The position numbers and the translations under genes are program-made. A stretch of 64,000 nucleotides of DNA from Myxococcota bacterium (GTDB taxonomy: Bacteria; Myxococcota_A; Polyangia; Nannocystales; Nannocystaceae). Where the stretch lies: NCBI GenBank assembly GCA_039028615.1, contig JBCCHT010000008.1:192001-256000 (forward strand). The letters run 5' to 3'. Below are positions 1-7,659 of the stretch, piece by piece. The notes beneath the pieces are model-generated. The model saw only the letters and a program-made list of their open reading frames with translations, was not told the DNA's origin and searched no databases. How positions within the stretch are numbered: the stretch's first letter is position 1; each line of letters starts with the position of its first letter.

Positions 1-542
1 CCGACGAGCATCGCGGTGACCGAGGCGAACAACAGACCAATGAGCCGCCCGTAGTGCCCTTTGGCGAACGCGATCGATCGACGCATCGCGGCCATGACCG
101 GTTGCTGCTCGAGCAGCACCGCCTCGTGGATGTACAGCGTGCGGGGCCACGCCCAGGGGACGAGCACGAGCACCAGCATGGCCACCCCGAGGTAGATGCG
201 ACTGACGATCAACGCCCCGATGAACGTGGGCAAGCGGCGAGCAAAGGTCCGCAGCACGGCCCGGGCGGTCACCTCGGGCTCGAACATCATCTGGCTGGCA
301 GCCACCGTGAACACGCCGTGGAGGACGGTGGTCAGGGCGATGGCGAGCCACCAGACCTCACGCCACGCCCAGTCTGCGCCGCGGTGCAGCGCGAAGCAGC
401 CCAGGGCCGCGGGCAGCAGCAGCCCCAGCGACAGGCGCAGGTACGTCCCGCCACCCACCGAAATCTGCCAGCGCAGCGCGAGGTCGAGGGTCTCCCCCAG
501 CGTACGCGGGCGCAGCACGATCTGAGCCTGCGCGAGGTTCAT
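1..542 (-). CDS. Membrane protein of the RDD/SpoIIM gene cluster, partial (runs off the left edge)
   Basis: My translation from the ATG at 542 is MNLAQAQIVLRPRTLGETLDLALRW..., followed by hydrophobic segments. The start overlaps the SpoIIM stop (ATGA). Confidence 0.7.
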   Translation of the reverse strand, partial: MNLAQAQIVLRPRTLGETLDLALRWQISVGGGTYLRLSLGLLLPAALGCFALHRGADWAWREVWWLAIALTTVLHGVFTVAASQMMFEPEVTARAVLRTFARRLPTFIGALIVSRIYLGVAMLVLVLVPWAWPRTLYIHEAVLLEQQPVMAAMRRSIAFAKGHYGRLIGLLFASVTAMLV

Positions 543-1555
543 GCCGCCCCCGCTTCGGCCTGGGCCGGCCGTGCTCGGCCCGCGAAGCCCAGGTAGCTGA
601 ACACGAGCACCCACAGCGAGGCCGCGACGCCCCACTTGACGGGGACCGGCACCGAAGACGGCGACCAGAAACCCTCGATCAACGCCGCGATGCCCAGCAT
701 CAGCGCCGCACCCAAGACCAGGCGCGCCAGCGCGGGCGCATGGCTACGCAGCGAGGCCAACCGGGTGGCCCCGCGGGTCTGGACGAGCGCAAAGCCCATG
801 CGCAGCCCCGCACCTCCGGCGATGACGATGGCCGTCAGCTCGAATGACCCGTGCCCCATGGCAAAGGTGAGCAGGTTTCGCAGCGCCCCGTCTTCGTGCC
901 ACAGCCAGCCCAAGGTGGCGCCGAGATAGAGCCCGTTGAGTACCAAGAAGAACGCACTCCCCAAGCCGCCCGCAATGCCGGTCGCGAAACAACGGAAGGC
1001 GATGCCCACGTTGTTGTACACGTAAAAGCCGGTCATCATCGTGTCGCTGCTCTGGCTGCGGCCCTGCTCGAACCCCTCGAGATAGGACTGGGCCGTGGCC
1101 TCGAGCTGCTCGGGGGGCAGCACGGTGGTGGCGAGGCTGGGGTCGAGCACGGCGGCGATGAGCACCACCACCATGGGGATCACGAACAGAGCGCAGGCGA
1201 TGGCCATATAGGCCCAGGACTCGCGCACAGTCCGGGGGAAGTCCTGGGCGATGAGCTCCCAGACCGCCCGGAAGCGATAGGGCTCGGCCCGGTACAGCGC
1301 GCCGTGGGTCCGCACCGCGAGGGCATCGAGATAGGCGATGCGATCCTGGGGAAAGCTGGCCCCGCGCACATGCACGAGATCGGCACAGACCTCTCGGTAC
1401 AGCTGCCCGACGCGAGCGATATCGGCCGGGTCGAGCTTGTGCAGCGGACGATCGGCCACGAGCAAGGCCTCGAGCGCGCTCCACGAGCCCCGCCGCTGCT
1501 CGACGAACGCGTCCGGGTCCGCGGGACGCGTGGTGCGATGCTCCGTGGCACTCAC
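539..1555 (-). CDS. Stage II sporulation protein M (SpoIIM/DUF95) family membrane protein
   Basis: C-terminal part of ORF 539..2251 (FVEQRRGSWSALE...LYREVCADL...YNNVGIAF...HGSFELTAIVIAGGAGL...AALIEGFWS). A GTG at 1555 overlaps the RDD stop. Confidence 0.85.
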   Translation of the reverse strand: MSATEHRTTRPADPDAFVEQRRGSWSALEALLVADRPLHKLDPADIARVGQLYREVCADLVHVRGASFPQDRIAYLDALAVRTHGALYRAEPYRFRAVWELIAQDFPRTVRESWAYMAIACALFVIPMVVVLIAAVLDPSLATTVLPPEQLEATAQSYLEGFEQGRSQSSDTMMTGFYVYNNVGIAFRCFATGIAGGLGSAFFLVLNGLYLGATLGWLWHEDGALRNLLTFAMGHGSFELTAIVIAGGAGLRMGFALVQTRGATRLASLRSHAPALARLVLGAALMLGIAALIEGFWSPSSVPVPVKWGVAASLWVLVFSYLGFAGRARPAQAEAGAA

Positions 1556-2334
1556 GATTGAACGTCCGTCGCAGCCGCAGAGGCGCCGACCGGCTGGGTC
1601 GCGCGGTGATGGACCAGGGCCAGGAAGCGGCCGGGATCTCGATAGCGAACGCCGAGACGCTCGGCGATGCGCGGGGCGAGCAGCTCGGCCAGCTCTTCCT
1701 CGCGGGCCGGGGCCAGCGTGTTGCGACGGGGCACGAAGCGCTCGAGGGCCCGCCGCTCGTCGGCCTGCAGCGGCACCCGGTGGGGCAGCGTGGCCAGCTC
1801 GTCGGCGGTGGGCGGCACCTCGTCGGCCTGTCCTCGCAGCAGTCGGGCTCGATTTTCGTGGATGACCACCGTGCCCGCGACCATGTCTCCGAGCCGCCGA
1901 AAGCGAGGATCGATGCTGGAGCACACGATGCCCACGCAGCCACCCACGGGCAGCCAGTCCGCCGCCCGCAGCAGATTGCGCAGCACCGAGTCGACAAAGC
2001 CCATGGGGAAGCCGCCCTCTTTGACGGTACGCAGGGCCAGCACGCGCTTGCCCGGGGTCTGGCCGCTCCACATGCTCTCGAGCAACACGTAGTAGCCCCA
2101 CTCGACCACGAAGATCACGATGAGGGCCATGCCCGTGGACTGCTCGTTGAACGCGCTGCTGCCCTCGGCCATCGAGATGAGCACGAGCAGCATGAGCACG
2201 ATGAAGCCGCGAATCAGCCCGTCGATGGCATAGGCGAGACCGCGCCGCCACGGCCCCGCCAGCCGCAGCCGCAGCGTGACGTGCTCGGGGGTCTCGATGC
2301 TGACGGTGGTGTCGAGGGGCTCACGCATGGACAA
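1552..2334 (-). CDS. RDD family protein
   Basis: IETPEHV...LAGPWRRGLAYAID...GQTPGKRVLALR...RNLLRAAD...RRLGDMVAGTVVI. Confidence 0.9.
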   Translation of the reverse strand: MSMREPLDTTVSIETPEHVTLRLRLAGPWRRGLAYAIDGLIRGFIVLMLLVLISMAEGSSAFNEQSTGMALIVIFVVEWGYYVLLESMWSGQTPGKRVLALRTVKEGGFPMGFVDSVLRNLLRAADWLPVGGCVGIVCSSIDPRFRRLGDMVAGTVVIHENRARLLRGQADEVPPTADELATLPHRVPLQADERRALERFVPRRNTLAPAREEELAELLAPRIAERLGVRYRDPGRFLALVHHRATQPVGASAAATDVQS

Positions 2335-2346
2335 CCGGCGGGCCCG

Positions 2347-2874
2347 CTACTCGGTGGGCGACCAACCGGCCATCACGACCTTGGTGTTGGCCATGCGGTC
2401 GTGCAAGCAGCGTTGCTCGGAGCCGAAGATCCACAGCACGTTGACCAACGAGATGAGCGGACCCACCGCGGGAATGACCGCCAACAACGAAAAGGGCAGG
2501 TAGCGCAGGGCGAACAGGTGGCCGGCCGAGGGCGGCTCGTTGCTGTTGACGTCGACCATCCGCAGCCCCAACGCCCGCTTGCCCACCGTCTGGCCCGACT
2601 GAAGGAAGTACCACTGCACCGCTGCGAACACGACCAGGCCGATGAGCGAGGTGATGATCGTATTGATGAAGTCCGGCTCCGGGTTGTCGAAGTCCAGCAA
2701 CCCCAAGGCGATGAGGATGGCGAAGTTGGGGATCGTCAGCGCGAAGCCATCGATGATGGCCGCGCCCAAGCGAGAACCACGGCTGGCCAGCGGCGGCTCG
2801 AGGCCATCGCCATGAAAGGACGGCTGGTTCGTTTGATCTTCGACCGGAGCTTGGTAGGGGTTGATATCGTTCAT
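2347..2874 (-). CDS. RDD family protein
   Basis: NPYQAP...LASRGSRLGAAIID...GQTVGKRALGLRMV...QRCLHDRMANTKVV. Confidence 0.9.
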   Translation of the reverse strand: MNDINPYQAPVEDQTNQPSFHGDGLEPPLASRGSRLGAAIIDGFALTIPNFAILIALGLLDFDNPEPDFINTIITSLIGLVVFAAVQWYFLQSGQTVGKRALGLRMVDVNSNEPPSAGHLFALRYLPFSLLAVIPAVGPLISLVNVLWIFGSEQRCLHDRMANTKVVMAGWSPTE

Positions 2875-3027
2875 GGTGGGGCTGCCCGTCTACTAGTGCA
2901 CCACCCCCTTCATTTCAGACAAAGCACTCCGAGTTTTCCAAAATGGGACATTCGTTCGGGTCACGTCGGCGGCCCGGCGCCCACCGGACGGCCAGCCGCA
3001 ACGGCTAAAACGGCCCTGGACGCCCCT

Positions 3028-4266
3028 CTACTGCTTCTGCACGGCGATTGCCGAGGCCCCGCCCAGCACGTGCAGGAACTGGTTGAAGTGGCCGCGCTCG
3101 GAAACGCGAGCCGCCTTGCGCAGCACCTCCTGCACCGATCGCGGCTCCCGACGCTGCAGCCATCGCAGCAGCCACCGCGCCCCACGAGTGTCGGGCAGCT
3201 CGAACGAGTACCCATTGGCCGCGACGATGAGCGCGTCACCGGCCTCCGCTCGCTCGAGCCACAGGTCGGGCTGCGGCGCGATGACGTCGGCGGCGGCGAG
3301 CTTTCGAAACGCCCAGGGTGCCGGCAGCACTCCGCCCGCGGTCCGAACCCGCAGCCAGTGATGCAGCTGATCGCGATGCAACGCACCCGATGCCAAGACC
3401 TCTGCGAGCCGATCGAGCGGTGCGGTGAGCTCGGGCGGCGCCTGCTGTCCGTCGGCATCGGCGGGCAAGGCCATGGTCGGCGGCACGCCCATCCCCGAGA
3501 CGGTGCGCTCGAGATGCGTCGCCAAGGTTCGATGCATGATGCCGATGCTGAACGACGCCCCCAGCCCCCCGTCGGCCGTCGCCACATGCCAGGCGTTCCG
3601 CGGCCAGTAGGCGAGATCGCGGGTGCCCAGGGTGAGCGTCTCGGCGTCGTGCTGGTACTCGGTGGCCTCGGCCGCGGCGCGGGTCCGCAGGGTGGGCACG
3701 CCGGGCCGCGGAAAGTAGTCGTCGTCCCACACCAGCATCTGCTTGTGGCCCTTGACCGCGAACGCCATGGTGTCGGTGAAGTCGCGGTGGATCCCGCCCG
3801 GCGTAGCCCCGTAGTTGCCCAAGAACAGCGCGGTGTCGGTGGTGCACACGGGTAAGCCGACGCGCCCGTAAAACCCCCGCAAGAAGGTTCGGACCCGGCG
3901 CCACGCCCCGACGTGATGCCGGGTCAGATCGTTGAAGATGACACCGTGCGGCCGCCCCTCGCTGAGTCGATCGAGCCGCCGCGCGTAGCCGGCCAGGCTG
4001 CGATCGGAGGCGCGGGGCATGAACAGCCCCAGCTCCTTACCCGACTCGAGCTGCCGATCGTCGACATAAAAGCGCGCCCGAAACTGGTCGGGCCGCTTGG
4101 CGCCCTGCACCAGCGCATCGAAGGCCTCCTTGGCCGTCAGCATCGGGCGCGTCAGCGGAGTTCGCATGACGCCGGGGCGCTGCGACCAGAGCCGATCGAC
4201 GAAGTCCGACCAGAAGGGCTCGAGGGCTAGCGATTCCACGCGTTCTTTTCTTCGGGAGGTGGCCAT
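3028..4266 (-). CDS. JmjC/cupin Fe(II)/2-oxoglutarate oxygenase (RoxA/YcfD-like) with a C-terminal winged-helix-like region
   Basis: GGIHRDFTD...AVKGHKQM...LAYWPRNAWHVA gives the HxD...H triad. Start taken at ATG 4266; GTG 4239 is an alternative. Confidence 0.8.
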   Translation of the reverse strand: MATSRRKERVESLALEPFWSDFVDRLWSQRPGVMRTPLTRPMLTAKEAFDALVQGAKRPDQFRARFYVDDRQLESGKELGLFMPRASDRSLAGYARRLDRLSEGRPHGVIFNDLTRHHVGAWRRVRTFLRGFYGRVGLPVCTTDTALFLGNYGATPGGIHRDFTDTMAFAVKGHKQMLVWDDDYFPRPGVPTLRTRAAAEATEYQHDAETLTLGTRDLAYWPRNAWHVATADGGLGASFSIGIMHRTLATHLERTVSGMGVPPTMALPADADGQQAPPELTAPLDRLAEVLASGALHRDQLHHWLRVRTAGGVLPAPWAFRKLAAADVIAPQPDLWLERAEAGDALIVAANGYSFELPDTRGARWLLRWLQRREPRSVQEVLRKAARVSERGHFNQFLHVLGGASAIAVQKQ

Positions 4267-5327
4267 GTTCGTCCGTGGGCGGCGTAGAACTCTTCGTACT
4301 CGCGGTATCGGCCCATGCCGGCCACCGCCTCGAAGGCGGACAGGCGCGTGCAGCCGTAGGGGGCCTGCACCGCGTCGGGACACAGGGTGGCGAACGCCTC
4401 GCGGAGCAGACCTTCGAGCTTCCAGTAGCGCTTGGCGGGTGTCTCGTAGCTCCGGTAAAAGGCCCGGCGAATGCGGTGGAACTGCTTTTCGGCCGCCTCG
4501 TCGATGAGCGACTCGTGGGCGAAGCGTGAGCCCACCGCCTGGCCGTAGGGGCCCAAGTGCAGGTTGTCGCCGAGAAACTTCGCGTAGCGATTGCGACCGA
4601 AGCGAACGTTCACCGACAAGCTCGTGGTGACGTACTCGATGTGGTGCCACCAGGCGGGCGGGATGTAGACCGCCTCGCCCGGCTCGAGGAAGAAATCGTA
4701 GCCGCCGACGAAGCGAACGAACTCGGCCCGGTCGCGCTCGCTGAAGTCACCGAACTGGATGAAGCTCTGGTTCTTCATCGGCAGCATGCGCAGCGACTGC
4801 GAGGGCGGCACCAGCAGGATGCGCTTGCGACCGAAGACCTGGTAGAGGATGACGTGGCGTAGATCGCCGTCGTAGTGCATGTGGGCGTAGTTGCCCTCGC
4901 CCGCGCCGAAGATCATCGACAGGACCTCGTCCTCGCCCGGCGGCATGCGAGCGTACGCGGGCAGCGTGAACAGGTCGCGCAGCATGCCCGGCGTGTCGAG
5001 CTCGCTGCACAGCAGATCGGTGGCCGGGTTTCGCTCGAGGCGTCGCAAGTAGGCGCCGAGCTTCGATGGTTTGGGGGCGACCGGGGGCGGCGGCGGCGTG
5101 CCCCGCTGGTAGGCCCTAAACATCCCGCGCGAGGCCTCGGGCTTGATCTGCACGGGCAGCGACGCGAGCCTGCGCTCGGCCTTCGCCCGCGTGTCGATGC
5201 GGCGGATCGGGTCGCCCGTGTAGAGGTTGGTCAAGATCACGGGGCGCTGCGTCGCCAGGTAGCGGCGTCGCATCTGGCCCGGGCTCGGCGCCTCGATCCG
5301 GCGAATGCGTCGGTTGGCGTTCATCAT
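4227..5327 (-). CDS. JmjC/cupin-like (FIH/Cupin_8-type) Fe(II)/2-oxoglutarate oxygenase
   Basis: YLATQRPVILT...AHMHYDGD...QVFGRKRILL...LEPGEAVYIPPAWWHHIEY. The ATG at 5327 lies 1 nt after the radical SAM stop. Confidence 0.88.
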   Translation of the reverse strand: MMNANRRIRRIEAPSPGQMRRRYLATQRPVILTNLYTGDPIRRIDTRAKAERRLASLPVQIKPEASRGMFRAYQRGTPPPPPVAPKPSKLGAYLRRLERNPATDLLCSELDTPGMLRDLFTLPAYARMPPGEDEVLSMIFGAGEGNYAHMHYDGDLRHVILYQVFGRKRILLVPPSQSLRMLPMKNQSFIQFGDFSERDRAEFVRFVGGYDFFLEPGEAVYIPPAWWHHIEYVTTSLSVNVRFGRNRYAKFLGDNLHLGPYGQAVGSRFAHESLIDEAAEKQFHRIRRAFYRSYETPAKRYWKLEGLLREAFATLCPDAVQAPYGCTRLSAFEAVAGMGRYREYEEFYAAHGRTWPPPEEKNAWNR

Positions 5328-5328
5328 C

Positions 5329-7062
5329 TCAAGCGGGGATCGCCTCGGCGCCGAGCTGCACGTGCCATGGCTGGGCCGCACGCCTTCCTGGGACCTCGAG
5401 GTCGTGCTCGAAGCGGAAGCGGTGCTCGGGGCGACTTTCGTCGGCCACGTGCGCGTGTAGGCTCGTGAGCGTGTGCCAGTGCTCGGGCTGGTCTCGCAGG
5501 CTCTCGACCACGCGGTACTCGATGGCGTCGCGCACCACGGCGGCCGCCTCGGGATCGGGCGCCCGCGCCTGGGCCCAAGCCGACAGCGCCCGACCGAAGC
5601 GCGCCACGTTCGTCATCAGGGCATGGTCGTCGAGGGCGTCGAAGAACGAGGCGGTGAAGATCTCGGTGAAGAACGCCCCGCCCGGCCGCACCTGGTACGT
5701 ATCGAAGAGCCGAGAGATCACGGGATACATCTGCTCGATGAGCATGGAGACCAGGTGGGCGCGCAGCATGTCGGCCGGGCTGAACTGCGGCGTCTGGCGG
5801 GTCACATGCGGGCTCACGTCGTCGTAGCGAAGGCCGAGCTCCTTCGCGGTGGCCCGGAACTCGGTGCCGGGCAAGACCTGCAGCGGCTGCAGAGCCATGG
5901 GCGCGCCGGGCTGGACGCCCTGGATGTAGTCGATGCCCTCGAGAAAGTCCTGCAGGGTGTCGCCGGGCAGCCCGTAGATGAGGTCCCAGCGCAGGTTGGG
6001 GTTCTCGCCCAGCTTACGGATGTTGCCTTCGAGCCGCTGCAGGCTAGTGGGGCGACCGATGGTCTTGAGGGTCTGGCGGTTGACGCTCTGCAGCCCCACG
6101 CCGAAGTGCAGGCGCCCCTGGCGGAACAGCTCGCGGCACTGGTCGGCCACCAGGTCGGGCAACATGTCGAGCTTGATCTCCGTATGAAGGTTTCCGTCGG
6201 TGAACTCTTCGAGGAAGAACCGGAAGATCTCGAAGGCTCGCTCCTTCCGCACGGTGAGGATCCCATCGGCAAAGTAGACCGACTTGATCCCCAGATCGCG
6301 CACATGAGCGAGTTCCTGCAACACTCGATCGATGTCGAAGTATCGCATTCTTCCCCCGTCGTTCTTGGGGTACTGGCAAAAGGCACAATTGACCGGACAA
6401 CCGCGAGAGGTCTCGACGATCACCGAAGGCCGCCCCTCGCGATGAAAGCGAGTCAGCAGCTCTTGTACGGTTGCCCCCAAGATCGGTGACGGGATTTCGT
6501 CGAGATTCTCGATATAGTCGCGGCGCTTGCCGCGGACGATCTCGTCCCCATTCCGAAAGGCGATGAAAGGGACACCGTGAAACCCAGCCTCGCCCGCGAG
6601 GGTCAGGCCGGTCGACGGCGCGAGGCCGAGCCACGCGAGCAAGAAGCGGCGAAACGCCTGCTCGCCTTCGCCATCGATCACGTAGTCGAGCTGCGAGTGC
6701 TGCGACAGCAGGCTCTCGCTCTCCCCGTAGGTATCGGGGCCGCCGGCCACGATGGTGAGCTCCGGGCGTAGCTTCTTGCAGACCGCCGCCACCGCCAGCA
6801 AGAAGCCCGCGTTCCAGCAGTAGAGCGATAGGCCCACGATCGTGGGCGATTGCGCGATGATCTGCCGAGCCGTGTCGATGCACGCGCGCGCGTGCGCCTG
6901 GCGATCGCGGTGGGTGACGGCGAGCACCGGGTGATGGATGAACTCGCAGCGCTCGGCCACGCGCTCGTCGAGGCACGCGTAGTTGCGCAGCAACCGGAAG
7001 GGGGTCGACGAAGCCTCGAAGCTCGGCCCCTGGCTCACGAACACGATGCGTACTGGGTCCAT
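5329..7062 (-). CDS. Cobalamin (B12)-dependent radical SAM enzyme (class B methyltransferase-like)
   Basis: N-terminal B12-binding region (IVGLSLYCWN...IVAGGPD...DYVIDGEGE), ETSRGCPVNCAFC (CxxxCxxC), GLQS, DLIYGLPGDT, LQVLPGT. Confidence 0.92.
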   Translation of the reverse strand: MDPVRIVFVSQGPSFEASSTPFRLLRNYACLDERVAERCEFIHHPVLAVTHRDRQAHARACIDTARQIIAQSPTIVGLSLYCWNAGFLLAVAAVCKKLRPELTIVAGGPDTYGESESLLSQHSQLDYVIDGEGEQAFRRFLLAWLGLAPSTGLTLAGEAGFHGVPFIAFRNGDEIVRGKRRDYIENLDEIPSPILGATVQELLTRFHREGRPSVIVETSRGCPVNCAFCQYPKNDGGRMRYFDIDRVLQELAHVRDLGIKSVYFADGILTVRKERAFEIFRFFLEEFTDGNLHTEIKLDMLPDLVADQCRELFRQGRLHFGVGLQSVNRQTLKTIGRPTSLQRLEGNIRKLGENPNLRWDLIYGLPGDTLQDFLEGIDYIQGVQPGAPMALQPLQVLPGTEFRATAKELGLRYDDVSPHVTRQTPQFSPADMLRAHLVSMLIEQMYPVISRLFDTYQVRPGGAFFTEIFTASFFDALDDHALMTNVARFGRALSAWAQARAPDPEAAAVVRDAIEYRVVESLRDQPEHWHTLTSLHAHVADESRPEHRFRFEHDLEVPGRRAAQPWHVQLGAEAIPA

Positions 7063-7093
7063 CCGCGGCACTTCAGAGCACAAAGAGAAGGGT

Positions 7094-7115
7094 GCCAGCC
7101 CCCCGGGGGGCTGGC
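7094..7115 (-). terminator. Perfect 22-bp palindrome, probable attenuating terminator or stabilising hairpin between the precursor gene and the radical SAM gene
   Basis: GCCAGCCCCCCGGGGGGCTGGC, followed on the minus strand by ACCCTTCTCTTTG. Confidence 0.55.
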
Positions 7116-7286
7116 CGAGCCATGATCTTCACGCTGGGCGCAAGCGACCATGGCGACATCGCGAAACCGCGAGGTCGATGCATGCGGTGGCAATTGCCTT
7201 CAACCCTGGAGGCTGGGCGGCGCCCCACCACGTTGCGTTGATGTAGACGTCACACTCGGGGTGTCGGCCCTCCCCGAATGACTCGC

Positions 7287-7457
7287 TCAGGCGTTCGTGA
7301 AACGGGTGGTAAACCCACCGATCAGCGTCAGCTCGAAGCTGCAGCGGTAGTAGCCGCCGGTCACCTCGAGCAACTGATCCTCGTCGAGCTCCTCGGTCTG
7401 CTGAGTCACGACCTTCTTCTTGACGACGAGCTTCTTCTGTTTGTTCTTCTTTTCCAT
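7287..7457 (-). CDS. RiPP precursor peptide, 56 aa, with a double-glycine leader (not in the ORF track)
   Basis: My translation is MEKKNKQKKLVVKKKVVTQQTEELDEDQLLEVTGG-YYRCSFELTLIGGFTTRFTNA*. An AGGA RBS precedes the ATG. The leader fits L(-12)..L(-7)..V(-4).GG. Confidence 0.88.
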   Translation of the reverse strand: MEKKNKQKKLVVKKKVVTQQTEELDEDQLLEVTGGYYRCSFELTLIGGFTTRFTNA

Positions 7458-7659
7458 CTGTTGTCCTACTGTATTTCCCGAGCTCGGTCTTCGAGCCCGA
7501 GCTGTGGAACTACATTAAAGCAGTCCCGTCGTGTCCTTGTTATGGACAGTTTGGAATGTACTTAACAGGAAAACCTGGTTCAAGTAGAAATTCGTGGAAT
7601 CGGACACATCCGGGTGTTAGTCTTCCCGCCTACCCCACGTTATTCTCGAAGTACTCGTA
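7458..7659. promoter_or_regulatory. AT-richer divergent promoter region of the RiPP cluster
   Basis: Non-coding gap between the divergent precursor and lanB genes, visibly lower in GC, with an AGCTCGG/CCGAGCT stem near 7481-7503. Confidence 0.5.

Noticed and set aside
7116..7286. Possible cobalamin riboswitch or second precursor upstream of the B12-rSAM gene
   Set aside because: I saw no B12-box-like sequence and no second ORF with a leader motif. An Rfam scan would settle it.
7278..7565. 95-aa + strand ORF with a Leu-rich stretch
   Set aside because: Antisense shadow of the precursor gene (Lys/Glu codons read as Leu/Phe). The minus-strand ORF has the RBS and the GG motif.
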